A DNA stretch of 61,793 bases, filler included. It is 6 parts of 6 records of this genome, joined end to end, with 100 filler letters (N's around TTAATTAATTAA, not from the genome) between each part and the next. Parts side by side here need not be neighbours in the genome. Positions count along the whole stretch, not along the records: positions 10,093 to 23,183 come from DRR723986_22870; positions 23,284 to 43,592 come from DRR723986_22882; 4 more parts are not named here. The stretch is one strand, 5' to 3'. A program made the position numbers and the translations under genes. Shown here piece by piece: positions 19,836-29,722 of this stretch (position 1 is the stretch's first letter; each line of letters begins with the position of its first letter). A model generated the notes under the pieces. That model was not told the DNA's origin. It saw only the letters and a list, made by a program, of their open reading frames with translations, and did not search any database.

Positions 19836-20795
19836 TTAGCTCAATTCGCGTTCTACAGATTCCAGCCCGCGATCGCCCCAGAATGCGGCAAAAGGGTCCG
19901 GCTCGTAATAGACTCGCGACAAATATAATCCTTTAGACGGTGCCAGCGGACTGTTGAGCGTGCGGTCACAGGCAGCAAGGGCCTGCGCGACTTCGTCGAT
20001 ACTGCGTTTACCGCGCGCTACGTCCAGCATGACTCCCACCAGGGAGCGCACCATCGAAAACACAAATCGGTCGGCACGGATAACCAGCGACCAGGAGTCT
20101 TCGTGTTGTTGTTCCCAGCGGCACTCACTCACGTCACAAACGTAGGACTTGGTGTCGCTGTTAAACTTGGAGAAGGTCGTGAAGTCGTGTTTTCCGATAA
20201 AAACCGGCGCAACTTCGTTAAGCATTTCACCATCGAACTGAAAAGGTGTTTGCCAGGAGAACCAGCGCTGAAACACTGAATTGCCGCGCATGACGGAGTA
20301 GACATACTCGCGCAGACGCGCATCGTAACGCGCATGGAAATCCGGTGGCGGTTTGACGGACCAGACGACACGAATATCGCGCGGCAGCACCGAGTTCAGG
20401 GCTGCCGTTATCTTGTTTTCCGGTATCCTGAGCGTCTTGTGCATTTTGACGTGCGCCACCTGACCGAGTGCGTGAACGCCGGCGTCCGTGCGCCCCGAGC
20501 CAATGACTTCGACCTGCTGCTCCCCCGTTATCTGGCGCACGGCATCTTCAAGGCAGCCCTGAATAGTGCGTGCATTTTTTTGGCGCTGCCAGCCGGAGTA
20601 ACGGCCACCATCATATTCAACTATGATTGCCGCGCGCGAAGGTTTGCGGCGCGCACGAAAATCTGTTTTTTGCGGATCAATATTTGACTTCTCAGCGGAG
20701 GAAACGGCGCTAACCTGCCCTTCCGCATTGTTTGCTGGGTGGGTTGATTCGGGGTTCTCGGCAGCAGTCGTTTCAGAGCCAGAAATCATCGTCAT
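19836..20795 (-). CDS. truA: tRNA pseudouridine(38-40) synthase
   Basis: EYDGGRYSGWQ, SGRTDAGVHALGQ, FHARYDA, MVRSLVG; exact start uncertain. Confidence 0.95.
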   Translation of the reverse strand: MTMISGSETTAAENPESTHPANNAEGQVSAVSSAEKSNIDPQKTDFRARRKPSRAAIIVEYDGGRYSGWQRQKNARTIQGCLEDAVRQITGEQQVEVIGSGRTDAGVHALGQVAHVKMHKTLRIPENKITAALNSVLPRDIRVVWSVKPPPDFHARYDARLREYVYSVMRGNSVFQRWFSWQTPFQFDGEMLNEVAPVFIGKHDFTTFSKFNSDTKSYVCDVSECRWEQQHEDSWSLVIRADRFVFSMVRSLVGVMLDVARGKRSIDEVAQALAACDRTLNSPLAPSKGLYLSRVYYEPDPFAAFWGDRGLESVERELS

Positions 20796-20896
20796 TGTGC
20801 AGTTGGGATTATAGCTCTGTGGGCAGTACTGTGGACTCGCGGGCCTGGGGCTATCGCAGCGTCTTTGCGCTTCTAACCCAGTGCAAAACAAGAAAC

Positions 20897-22249
20897 TCAT
20901 GCAGGCAAGGGAATGTACGTAGCGCGCGAGTCGGCAAAGGTATCAACAGCGCCAACAACACGGCCAAAGACGTCTTCACCACGCAACTCAAGTAATTCGA
21001 CTTCCAAGGGACCAATTGTCGGCTGCGCCGGGCGTTCCAAAACAACCTTGACGTAATTATCGGTCCAACCGCGAATAAGTTGGTCAGACTGCACACGTCC
21101 TTCGGGAAGAACTATGCGGGTGCTGCCAAGCTGTGAGCGGTAGAATTCGAGCTTCTTTTTATGGGATAGATTGCGCAACTGGCGCGTACGTGCACGACGC
21201 TGCTCTACAGGCACACGTCCTTCAAACTCGGCGGCAGGCGTATTGGGCCGCTCGGAATAGGTAAATACGTGCAGATACGTCACCGGCAGAGCGTGCAGGA
21301 ACTCGTAGGTGTCGGTGAAATGCGCATCGGTTTCGCCGGGAAAACCGACGATGACGTCAACACCGATAGCGCAGTGCGGCATCCGTTCGTGGATAGCTTC
21401 CACAAGCGCGCGATAATTTTTGGACGTGTAGCGTCGGCGCATAAGCCGCAAAATCTCAGGCGAACCACTTTGCAGCGGAATGTGGAAATGCGGCACAAAA
21501 ACTTTGGAGTCTTTAATAATGTCCAGAATATCGAGCGTCAACAGGTTGGGCTCGATAGACGAAATACGCACGCGGAGCCGCGGCTGCAGCTCTTCGATAG
21601 CACGTACGACATCAACAAAACGCTGACGGTCCTCGCCGACATAGTCACCCAGATTAACACCTGTGAGTACAACTTCGCGATATCCAGCTTTTTCGAGTTC
21701 GGCAATTCTTCTGGGAATTTCGTCAAAGTTCATGGCACGACTGCGGCCACGTGCCAGGGGAATCGTGCAGAAGCTGCATTTGTAGTTACAGCCGTCCTGG
21801 AGTTTGAGGAAGGCGCGCGTGCGCCCGTCACTATCGGCAGAAAGCGCAGGGTTAAAGGGCAGATCGCCGTCCAGATCCCCAACATATAGTTGTGGTGTAG
21901 CGCGCTCAGCGGGGGTAAGTCCGGCAATTTTAGCGGTGATATCGAACTTCTCACGTGCGCCAAATACGGCACTGACGCCTTCGATTCCGGCGATTCTTTC
22001 GGGTTGCAATTGCGCATAACAACCGGTAACTGCCACATAGGCATCAGGCGATTTGCGCAGGGCACGCCGTATCACCTGGCGGCACTCACGGTCGGCATTT
22101 TCGGTGACGGTGCAGGTATTGATGACTACGACGTCACATTGCTCACCCAGCGGCACAACTGCGTATCCGGCCGCCTCAAACTGCGTTTGCAGCTGCGAGG
22201 TTTCCGCATAGTTCAGTTTACAGCCAAGTGTATGGAGCGCAACTTTCAT
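20897..22249 (-). CDS. mtaB: tRNA ms2t6A methylthiotransferase
   Basis: TLGCKLNYAE, NTCTVT, radical SAM QDGCNYKCSFC, SSIEP, C-terminal TRAM-like region. Confidence 0.93.
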   Translation of the reverse strand: MKVALHTLGCKLNYAETSQLQTQFEAAGYAVVPLGEQCDVVVINTCTVTENADRECRQVIRRALRKSPDAYVAVTGCYAQLQPERIAGIEGVSAVFGAREKFDITAKIAGLTPAERATPQLYVGDLDGDLPFNPALSADSDGRTRAFLKLQDGCNYKCSFCTIPLARGRSRAMNFDEIPRRIAELEKAGYREVVLTGVNLGDYVGEDRQRFVDVVRAIEELQPRLRVRISSIEPNLLTLDILDIIKDSKVFVPHFHIPLQSGSPEILRLMRRRYTSKNYRALVEAIHERMPHCAIGVDVIVGFPGETDAHFTDTYEFLHALPVTYLHVFTYSERPNTPAAEFEGRVPVEQRRARTRQLRNLSHKKKLEFYRSQLGSTRIVLPEGRVQSDQLIRGWTDNYVKVVLERPAQPTIGPLEVELLELRGEDVFGRVVGAVDTFADSRATYIPLPA

Positions 22250-22407
22250 AGTTTGTAAAATACGTGCATGGAGATAGTTTTGCAACGCCTGCAGCACAAC
22301 ACTGGCGCGGTAATTGTAGCGCTTGTGCGGAACTGTGTGCGGCACGGTGCGTAAACGTGCCAGATATGGCAATATTGAGAAGCCAGTTCCATTATCAGGA
22401 GACCACT

Positions 22408-22809
22408 ATGCGCCCAGGAGTCGAAAATGCCTCGGCCGAGCTTTTTATAGACGTCACGAAAGCGATGACGGCGCGGCTGGATGAGCAGGAAATCCACCGA
22501 CTGTACAGCACGTTCTGGTTGGGCCGGCATGTGGAGCTGGCAGCGCGACGTGTTATTGAACCTTTTTTTGAGCCGGGTGAGGACGCGCTGGGTTCGGCAT
22601 TAAATATTGAACATCTGGCGATGACACCGGTGGGCGCGCGTATCAGGATATACGCCTGGGTCACAGAGGTTAAGGGCAATATGATCCGCTGTGACTTTAG
22701 CGTGCAACATGGTAAACTGCTGGTGGCGCGCGGCACGCAGGACCAGGTGTGTTTACCCGCCGCCAAGATTGGGAGTTTGATTCAGCAGGCGTATGCGCGC
22801 TTGGAATGA
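22408..22809 (+). CDS. Hot-dog thioesterase (fluoroacetyl-CoA thioesterase FlK-like)
   Basis: YSTFWLGRHVE and IEHLAMTPVG carry the Thr/Glu/His pattern. Confidence 0.8.
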   Translation: MRPGVENASAELFIDVTKAMTARLDEQEIHRLYSTFWLGRHVELAARRVIEPFFEPGEDALGSALNIEHLAMTPVGARIRIYAWVTEVKGNMIRCDFSVQHGKLLVARGTQDQVCLPAAKIGSLIQQAYARLE

Positions 22810-22874
22810 TCCAGGAATTGTATTTGCTCTGGTAAATAGCTGACGACTTTTTGGCGGATAAGGGCTGATTTATG

Positions 22875-22963
22875 CAAGGCCATTTTGTTTGTCATTGGGG
22901 CTGAAGTCTGAAATATTTGGGATAGGTTGGGGGTTGATCTAAGCCAAGGCCATTTTGTTTGTC
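22875..22963. repeat. 19-bp direct repeat, two copies 70 bp apart
   Basis: CAAGGCCATTTTGTTTGTC at 22875-22893 and 22945-22963. Confidence 0.8.
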
Positions 22964-23183
22964 TCTGGGACATCAGCCGGAAGATTTTGAGACAGTCGCT
23001 GGATCACGAGTCCTGGCGATAAGACTGCATATTTGTGATTAGGGAGCTGCTTATGTGTGTGAGGTTTGTCAGCTGCAATCTCTGCGGGAATAGTAAATCA
23101 GCCTCTGAGTTTTGCAGCTGATACGTCAGAGTGTGAAGTGACAGTGGCACGCACAATTGCCCTGATTTGACAAAGAAAAATTG

Positions 23184-23283
23184 NNNNNNNNNNNNNNNNN
23201 NNNNNNNNNNNNNNNNNNNNNNNNNNNTTAATTAATTAANNNNNNNNNNNNNNNNNNNNNNNNNNNNNNNNNNNNNNNNNNNN
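23184..23283. other. Artificial contig spacer
   Basis: N-run + TTAATTAATTAA + N-run. Confidence 0.99.
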
Positions 23284-23399
23284 TGAACAAATTCTAGATT
23301 GCTTTTCCCTCTTAACTGGTAGAAAAGCGGATATACATAAAAAATAAACTCTCATTGCAGAAATCAGAGCTTAATTTTTCGATTAAATTTTAAAAAAAC

Positions 23400-25190
23400 T
23401 TGTCAAAAGCATCATTAGGGGCACTTTTACTACTAATCATACTCCTTAGTGTGAAGCAGAATCTTTTTGCCCAAAATGAGAAGGATACTTCCAAAACTTC
23501 CATTACTCAAAAGGCCTTGGAGAAAGGAATGGATCTGATTACCAGATCAAATAGAGATTCCGTTTTAGTAGAAAAAGCAGAGGAAAAATTCCTTCCATAT
23601 GAAGGAATGATCATCCGTAATATTACGATTGAAAACCTAGGATTTGAATTTTCTATTTATGGTCGACAAAAACCCATCGTACAGAAAGTTGGCAGGATAG
23701 CAAATAAGCTTCACACCAATACCCGCGAGAAAACTATCCGTCAACATCTTTTCATCAAGCCAAATCAAAAACTCAACCCTTACAAACTGGGCGATAACGA
23801 GCGATACCTCCGGGATCAATCGTTCATTTTGGAAAGTAGAATAATAGTGACCCCTATAGCCGGGACAGACTCCGTGGATCTGGCAATTGTCACCCGGGAC
23901 ATTTTCAGTTTTGGAGGCTCATTAAGCGGGACAATTCCTACAGCACCCTTGCTGAAAGTGTATAATGCCAACTTAGATGGACGAGGCCAGGGTTTTGAAT
24001 TCGACATTCTTTATGACCATGATCGGAGTCCAAAAACTGGGATAGCTTTAGCTTATACCAAGAGTAGTTTTTTGGGAAGTTTTGCGGATTTCACTGCCTA
24101 TTATACCCAGTTGAATTCGGGAATCAGTGCCGGTGAAGAGAAAGAATACGCTACAGGCATCAGTTTAGAGCGTCCCCTTGTTTCTCCCTATTCAAGATTT
24201 GCAGGGGGAGCTGGATGGAGTCAAAATTGGTCAAAGAATGTAGATTCAAGACCAGATTCGGTATTTCTAGATTACAAATACAACATCATGGATCTCTGGA
24301 TCGGCTATAATTTCGGGGCGAATAAAATACTCCAAGATAGAAAAAGAGAGTTTCTGGCGTTGCGGGTTTTTGATGGATATTTCATTAATCAGCCTGAACA
24401 GGAAGATGTGATTGATGAAAGTAGATATAATGATAGCAAGGGAATATTGGCAGAGTTTACGGTTTACGAGCAAGACTTTTTCAAAACCCAATATGTCTAT
24501 GGTTTCGGGCGAACGGAAGACATTCCTTCTGGATACAATATCTCTACGACCTGGGGTTTTACAGAGACTATGGGTTACAAACGACCTTATGGAGACATCA
24601 ATATTAATTTCAAAAGAGCCTTCAAAAGTGGTAGCTTTTATGATTTGAATTTAAATGGAGCTAGTTATTTAAGAAATGGCCTCGAAGACGCTGTACTTCA
24701 AACTGGGGGAACCTATTACACTCAGGCTTTTTCTCTTGGAAAATACAAAATCAGAAACTCTGCGAGTGTACTTTACACCCATATTTATAAGCGACTCACT
24801 AACGATTGGTTAACTATCCGGGGTAATCTAATACCTGGACTTCGCGTGGAAGAGGTGGATGCCACCCGACGTTTAGCTTTAGGCTTTGAGACCAGCCTAT
24901 TCACTCCTTGGTCTTTGGTGGGATTTAGAGTAGCTCCATTTTCCTCATTTTATTGGGCAAAACTCAATTGTTACACTTGTGAAGAAAAATACCAGAATTA
25001 CACTGGAATCAGTCTCGGTATGAGAATACGAAATGAAAACTTAATCTTCGGTACTATAGAATTGAAGGGCACCTTTATTCCCAACGATGACGAAGGCAAT
25101 TCCAAGTTTGCTTTCAGCGTAAGAAAAAACTTGAGATTTAGGAAATCAGACATTTTTGTGACCGCTCCAAACTTGATAGTATATAACTGA
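23400..25190 (+). CDS. BamA/TamA-like outer membrane protein
   Basis: Signal peptide, POTRA-like N-terminus (NERYLR), amphipathic beta-strands, YGFGRTEDIP. Confidence 0.72.
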   Translation: MSKASLGALLLLIILLSVKQNLFAQNEKDTSKTSITQKALEKGMDLITRSNRDSVLVEKAEEKFLPYEGMIIRNITIENLGFEFSIYGRQKPIVQKVGRIANKLHTNTREKTIRQHLFIKPNQKLNPYKLGDNERYLRDQSFILESRIIVTPIAGTDSVDLAIVTRDIFSFGGSLSGTIPTAPLLKVYNANLDGRGQGFEFDILYDHDRSPKTGIALAYTKSSFLGSFADFTAYYTQLNSGISAGEEKEYATGISLERPLVSPYSRFAGGAGWSQNWSKNVDSRPDSVFLDYKYNIMDLWIGYNFGANKILQDRKREFLALRVFDGYFINQPEQEDVIDESRYNDSKGILAEFTVYEQDFFKTQYVYGFGRTEDIPSGYNISTTWGFTETMGYKRPYGDININFKRAFKSGSFYDLNLNGASYLRNGLEDAVLQTGGTYYTQAFSLGKYKIRNSASVLYTHIYKRLTNDWLTIRGNLIPGLRVEEVDATRRLALGFETSLFTPWSLVGFRVAPFSSFYWAKLNCYTCEEKYQNYTGISLGMRIRNENLIFGTIELKGTFIPNDDEGNSKFAFSVRKNLRFRKSDIFVTAPNLIVYN

Positions 25191-25378
25191 GATCGTCATA
25201 ATTAAGCTATCAAAGGAGGGGGAAAATGTGTCAAGTATGGCTCAAAAACCTAGTGTCAATTTCGCTGCGGATAATCATATTTTTTTTTAGATGAACTTAC
25301 AATTCCTTACAGGTAAGCAAAGGAAACTTGCCCTTTTTTTATAACTTATTTCATCAATCCAAATTTAAAATAACACTT

Positions 25379-26380
25379 ATGTCAACCTTACTTTTCATTC
25401 TCTCCCTATTCAGCCTTTTACCCCAACCCGATAAACCAACGGTGAAAATTCTCTCCTCTGGTTTTATCTACGAATCGGCTCCTTTCCCCTCTTGTCACGC
25501 CTCTACTTTAATTGAAACTGATCGAGGTATTATGGCTTCCTGGTTTGGCGGCACCTACGAAAGGCATCCCGACGTAAGTATCTACACTTCCCTTTTAGCA
25601 GACGGAAGTTGGTCAACTCCAGAAATGGTAGCTGATGGTATTGAAAATGAAGTTTTCAGAAACCCTACTTGGAATCCTGTTTTATATAAGAGCCCTGCTG
25701 GGAAAATTTTCCTTTTCTACAAAGAAGGACCTAACCCAAGAGAATGGTGGGGGCTATACAAAACCTCAGATGATGAAGGGAAAACTTGGTCAAAAGCCAT
25801 TCAAATTCCGCCAGGAATGCTCGGTCCTGTGAAAAATAAAGCAGTGCTTTTAGAGGATGGCACACTACTCCACCCATCTAGCTTCGAAACCAACGGAGTT
25901 TGGAGCATGCATGTGGAAACTACAAACTCAGAAGGTCAGAATTGGAAGAAAACAGAAATCGACAATGGAGAATTTCATGCGATTCAACCAACTATTCTGC
26001 AATACCCAAACAACAAGCTACAAATGCTTGCCCGCACCCAAGAAGATGTCATAGGATCTACCTGGTCAAAGGATGGAGGCAAAACCTGGTCGAAAGTAGA
26101 ATCAACTGGATTAATTCACAATAACTCCGGGATTGATGCGGTGACTTTAAAAAGTGGGGCTCAATTACTTCTTTGCAATCCAATCAAAGATGGAAGAAAC
26201 AAGCTTTCTCTCATGATGTCCATGGATGGGATGAATTGGGAGGAGATATATGTATTGGAAGATCAGCCAAAGGGGGAATTCAGCTACCCTGCTATCATTC
26301 AGGGAAAAGACGGTACCGTTCATATGACATATACTTATAACAGAGAGAAGATTAAATATGTATCTCTCACTTTAGAATAA
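25379..26380 (+). CDS. Sialidase-like BNR/Asp-box protein
   Basis: SCHASTL, WFGG, Asp-boxes SDDEGKTW and SKDGGKTW, EFSYPA. Confidence 0.85.
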   Translation: MSTLLFILSLFSLLPQPDKPTVKILSSGFIYESAPFPSCHASTLIETDRGIMASWFGGTYERHPDVSIYTSLLADGSWSTPEMVADGIENEVFRNPTWNPVLYKSPAGKIFLFYKEGPNPREWWGLYKTSDDEGKTWSKAIQIPPGMLGPVKNKAVLLEDGTLLHPSSFETNGVWSMHVETTNSEGQNWKKTEIDNGEFHAIQPTILQYPNNKLQMLARTQEDVIGSTWSKDGGKTWSKVESTGLIHNNSGIDAVTLKSGAQLLLCNPIKDGRNKLSLMMSMDGMNWEEIYVLEDQPKGEFSYPAIIQGKDGTVHMTYTYNREKIKYVSLTLE

Positions 26381-26438
26381 TCATTAAAAACCCACAGTTA
26401 CCTATAAAATAAACTGTGAATGGAAGGGCTATAATCAA

Positions 26439-26470
26439 AAGGGCTATCTGAAAACCATCAGATAGCCCTT
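26439..26470. terminator. Terminator between convergent genes
   Basis: AAGGGCTATCTGA/TCAGATAGCCCTT stem. Confidence 0.7.
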
Positions 26471-26499
26471 ATTATATAGGTTTGAGATAAAACAGGTAA

Positions 26500-27885
26500 T
26501 TACATTTCTTTCATTTCGGACACCACTTTGGTAATAGTTTGCTTGGCATCTCCGAAAAGCATGAGACAGTTTGGATAGCCAAAAAGCTCATTTTCCACGC
26601 CTGCATAGCCTTTACCCATACTTCGCTTACTGACGATTACCGTTCTAGCTTTGTCCGCATTTAAAATCGGCATACCATAAATAGGACTTTGAGGATTATT
26701 TCTAGCTGCTGGATTTACGACGTCATTTGCTCCTACGATTAGCACCAAATCAGTATTTGGGAATTCATCGTTTATGGATTCCATTTCAATCAATTTGTCG
26801 TAGGAAATATTTGCCTCGGCGAGTAGTACGTTCATGTGGCCTGGCATTCTACCTGCCACTGGGTGAATAGCAAATTTGAAATCTATGTTACGCTTTTCGC
26901 ATTGCTCCATCAATTCTCGGATTACATGCTGAGCTTGAGCTACAGCCATTCCATAGCCCGGAACTACAATCACCGAAGAAACTCCATCAAACAACATAGC
27001 CGTTTCCTCCACTCCAATTTCCTTCACGGTGATCGATGGGCCGTCTCCTTGTGCCTCATTCACCGTCTGCCCAAATCCTCCAAGCAACACATTGACCAAA
27101 GATCGGTTCATAGCCTTACACATGATCTGAGTGAGGATAATCCCAGATGCTCCGACCAGTGATCCAGCTACAATCAACACATTATTATTTAGGATAAAAC
27201 CAGTAGCACATGCTGCCATACCTGAGTAGGAATTCAACAAGGAAATCACCACCGGCATATCCGCTCCTCCGATAGGGATCACCGTCAAGATACCCAAGAG
27301 CAAGGCAATTACAATTAAAATAATGATCAGCATAGGGTCAGTTTGATCCATTACGGTAAAGACCGCAGTTGTCAAGAATCCTAAAAACAGCATCAAGTTT
27401 ATCGCGTGCTGTCCTTTGAAGGTAATCGGCGAACCGGAGATATTCCCATTCAATTTCAGATACGCGATCAATGATCCTGTAAATGTCAGACCGCCTATAA
27501 ATACCGAAACGATAATACTGATTACAGTTACGAGCTCTATGGATTCCATATTGACTTCTGTACGAAGGAAATAATCCGAGAGGGCTACAGAGAAAGAAGC
27601 CAATCCTCCAAATCCGTTGAAAATGGCCACCATTTCGGGCATTTTAGTCATCTCAACTTTATTGGCATAATACAAGCCAATGGCAGATCCCAATACCACG
27701 CAACCTAGTATCTCAACCAAGGAAATGGCATCGATCTGTAGCAAGGTAGCTACAATGGCTATAAACATTCCCAAAGCTGAAAGACGGTTACCCTGTCTGG
27801 CAGACTTGGTTTTATTCATCATTTTCATCCCCAGTACAAACAAGACTGAGGCGATCAAATACGCTAATTCTATGGCTATACTCAT
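26500..27885 (-). CDS. pntB: NAD(P) transhydrogenase beta subunit
   Basis: GGADMPVVISLLNSYSG, VPGYGMAVAQAQ, HPVAGRMPGHMNVLLAEA. Confidence 0.97.
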   Translation of the reverse strand: MSIAIELAYLIASVLFVLGMKMMNKTKSARQGNRLSALGMFIAIVATLLQIDAISLVEILGCVVLGSAIGLYYANKVEMTKMPEMVAIFNGFGGLASFSVALSDYFLRTEVNMESIELVTVISIIVSVFIGGLTFTGSLIAYLKLNGNISGSPITFKGQHAINLMLFLGFLTTAVFTVMDQTDPMLIIILIVIALLLGILTVIPIGGADMPVVISLLNSYSGMAACATGFILNNNVLIVAGSLVGASGIILTQIMCKAMNRSLVNVLLGGFGQTVNEAQGDGPSITVKEIGVEETAMLFDGVSSVIVVPGYGMAVAQAQHVIRELMEQCEKRNIDFKFAIHPVAGRMPGHMNVLLAEANISYDKLIEMESINDEFPNTDLVLIVGANDVVNPAARNNPQSPIYGMPILNADKARTVIVSKRSMGKGYAGVENELFGYPNCLMLFGDAKQTITKVVSEMKEM

Positions 27886-28169
27886 TTCTTCTTAAACATT
27901 TTAAGCATACGATCTGTGACAGTGTAGCCGCCGACTACGTTGATGGTGGCAAGCACCAAGGCTACCATTCCCAGCCATTTGCTAAGGGTGGTGTAGCCCA
28001 TTTCGTTACAGGCTAAAAGCGCTCCTACTATGGTGATTCCGGAAATAGCATTCGAACCGGACATCAAAGGGGTGTGCAAGGTTGGGGGAACTTTTGCGAT
28101 TAGCTCAAACCCCAGAAAACTTGCTAATACAAGTATATAAATCAGAATAATCAGTGCTTCTGAGCTCAT
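27882..28169 (-). CDS. pntA: NAD(P) transhydrogenase alpha subunit, membrane part (split alpha)
   Basis: VPPTLHTPLMSGSNAISG, NVVGGYTVTDRML. Confidence 0.95.
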   Translation of the reverse strand: MSSEALIILIYILVLASFLGFELIAKVPPTLHTPLMSGSNAISGITIVGALLACNEMGYTTLSKWLGMVALVLATINVVGGYTVTDRMLKMFKKK

Positions 28170-28188
28170 AATTTGAAAAGGTTAATTC

Positions 28189-29313
28189 TTATTTATTTAA
28201 TATTTTATTGGTGAATTCATGCACTACCTGACCTTCATAAGTGATCAAAACACCTTTGGTGATTTCCTCCTCCCGGTCTAGATTAAATCCATCTTTGGTA
28301 GCCAGATGCAGCAATAACGTGCTGATATTAGTTGCATAAAGCTGACTGGCATTGGTAGACATCAAGGAAGGCAAATTAGATTCACCGATTATTGTCACTC
28401 CATGCTTTTTCACGATTTGGTCCTTTTCAGAAATTTCACAATTCCCCCCAGACTCCACTGCCATATCAACGATCACAGCCCCTTTTTTCATAGTTTTCAC
28501 CATTTCTTCAGTTACAAGAATGGGAGACTTCTTCCCCATCACCAAAGCCGTGGTAATAACTAAGTCTGAGTCCTTGATCTTACTTTGAATAAGTTCCTTT
28601 TGCTTTTGTAAAAACTCAGCAGAAACCTCAGCAGCATAGCCTCCCTCCACCTTCACTTCTTCTGCTCCTTCTACAGTCAAAAATCTACCGCCAAGAGACT
28701 CCACTTGTTCTTTGGTTTCGGGACGCACATCAGACACTTCTACGACAGCTCCCAAGCGCTTGGCCGTCGCGATCGCTTGTAGTCCAGCTACACCCGCACC
28801 GAAAATCAACACTTTAGCAGGCGTAATCGTACCGGAAGCAGTCATCATTAATGGAAAAATTTTCTCGAGGTAATTTGCTCCCAAAATCACAGATTTATAG
28901 CCAGCAAGATTAGCCTGAGAACTCAGACAATCCATTTTTTGGGCTCTAGAAATCCTTGGTACAGCATCCATGGAAAAGGAAGTGATGGATTTCTTATTCA
29001 ATTCTTCAAGGATTTCAGGATGATTATAAGCATACATGATTGACATACATGCACCACCATTCTTCATCTGAGCTACTTCTGTTTTGGTAAAGAGGTTCAC
29101 CTTTAATAAAATATCTGTAGTAAATACCTCAATATTATCACCAACGGTGGCACCTGCATCCTTATAATCCATATCAGAAAAATTGGATCCAATACCAGCA
29201 CCAGGCTCTACAATGACCGAAAATCCCTTTTTGATCAATTGCTTGATGACATCCGGAGTAAGTGCTACCCTATTCTCACCCTCCTTTGTCTCTTTTAAAA
29301 CTCCTATTTTCAT
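28189..29313 (-). CDS. pntA: NAD(P) transhydrogenase alpha subunit, soluble domain I
   Basis: ENRVALTP, PRISRAQKMD, GAGVAGLQA, GGNCE. Confidence 0.95.
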   Translation of the reverse strand: MKIGVLKETKEGENRVALTPDVIKQLIKKGFSVIVEPGAGIGSNFSDMDYKDAGATVGDNIEVFTTDILLKVNLFTKTEVAQMKNGGACMSIMYAYNHPEILEELNKKSITSFSMDAVPRISRAQKMDCLSSQANLAGYKSVILGANYLEKIFPLMMTASGTITPAKVLIFGAGVAGLQAIATAKRLGAVVEVSDVRPETKEQVESLGGRFLTVEGAEEVKVEGGYAAEVSAEFLQKQKELIQSKIKDSDLVITTALVMGKKSPILVTEEMVKTMKKGAVIVDMAVESGGNCEISEKDQIVKKHGVTIIGESNLPSLMSTNASQLYATNISTLLLHLATKDGFNLDREEEITKGVLITYEGQVVHEFTNKILNK

Positions 29314-29722
29314 TTTAGGCTAGTTGAGTTTGTTTATTTCAATGCTATTTCATTTCAATGCTTCAAATAAAGTAGGAAATTCTGGCATGCACTACCTGCT
29401 TTATCCTGTTTTTTTACTATTTCTTGATATTTTCTTTTGACAAACAGAAAAACTATAAAATAAAACTTTAACCAAAAAACTTGAAATCAACCAGTTATAC
29501 CATCGATTGCACAACAAATTTTAACCGGATTTCTCAGCGAAAATTCTTTTTTTTAAAATAAGTAAGAAGAAAGTACCCCCTATTTCTAAAATTGGGATTT
29601 TAAGGAGATTTCATGCATCACCCTTAGTCATTTGATAATTATTGTTTAACAACAAAGAGGATTCTTCCATGAAAATAAATCCCTATTTTAGAATACTTAT
29701 TTGACTTTAAACTAATAACCTC

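Noticed and set aside
22875-22963. CRISPR array
   Set aside because: Only two non-palindromic copies, with no leader or cas genes; kept as a plain repeat
26500-29313. Split pntA as a pseudogene or frameshift
   Set aside because: A three-subunit transhydrogenase is a normal architecture and all three ORFs are intact
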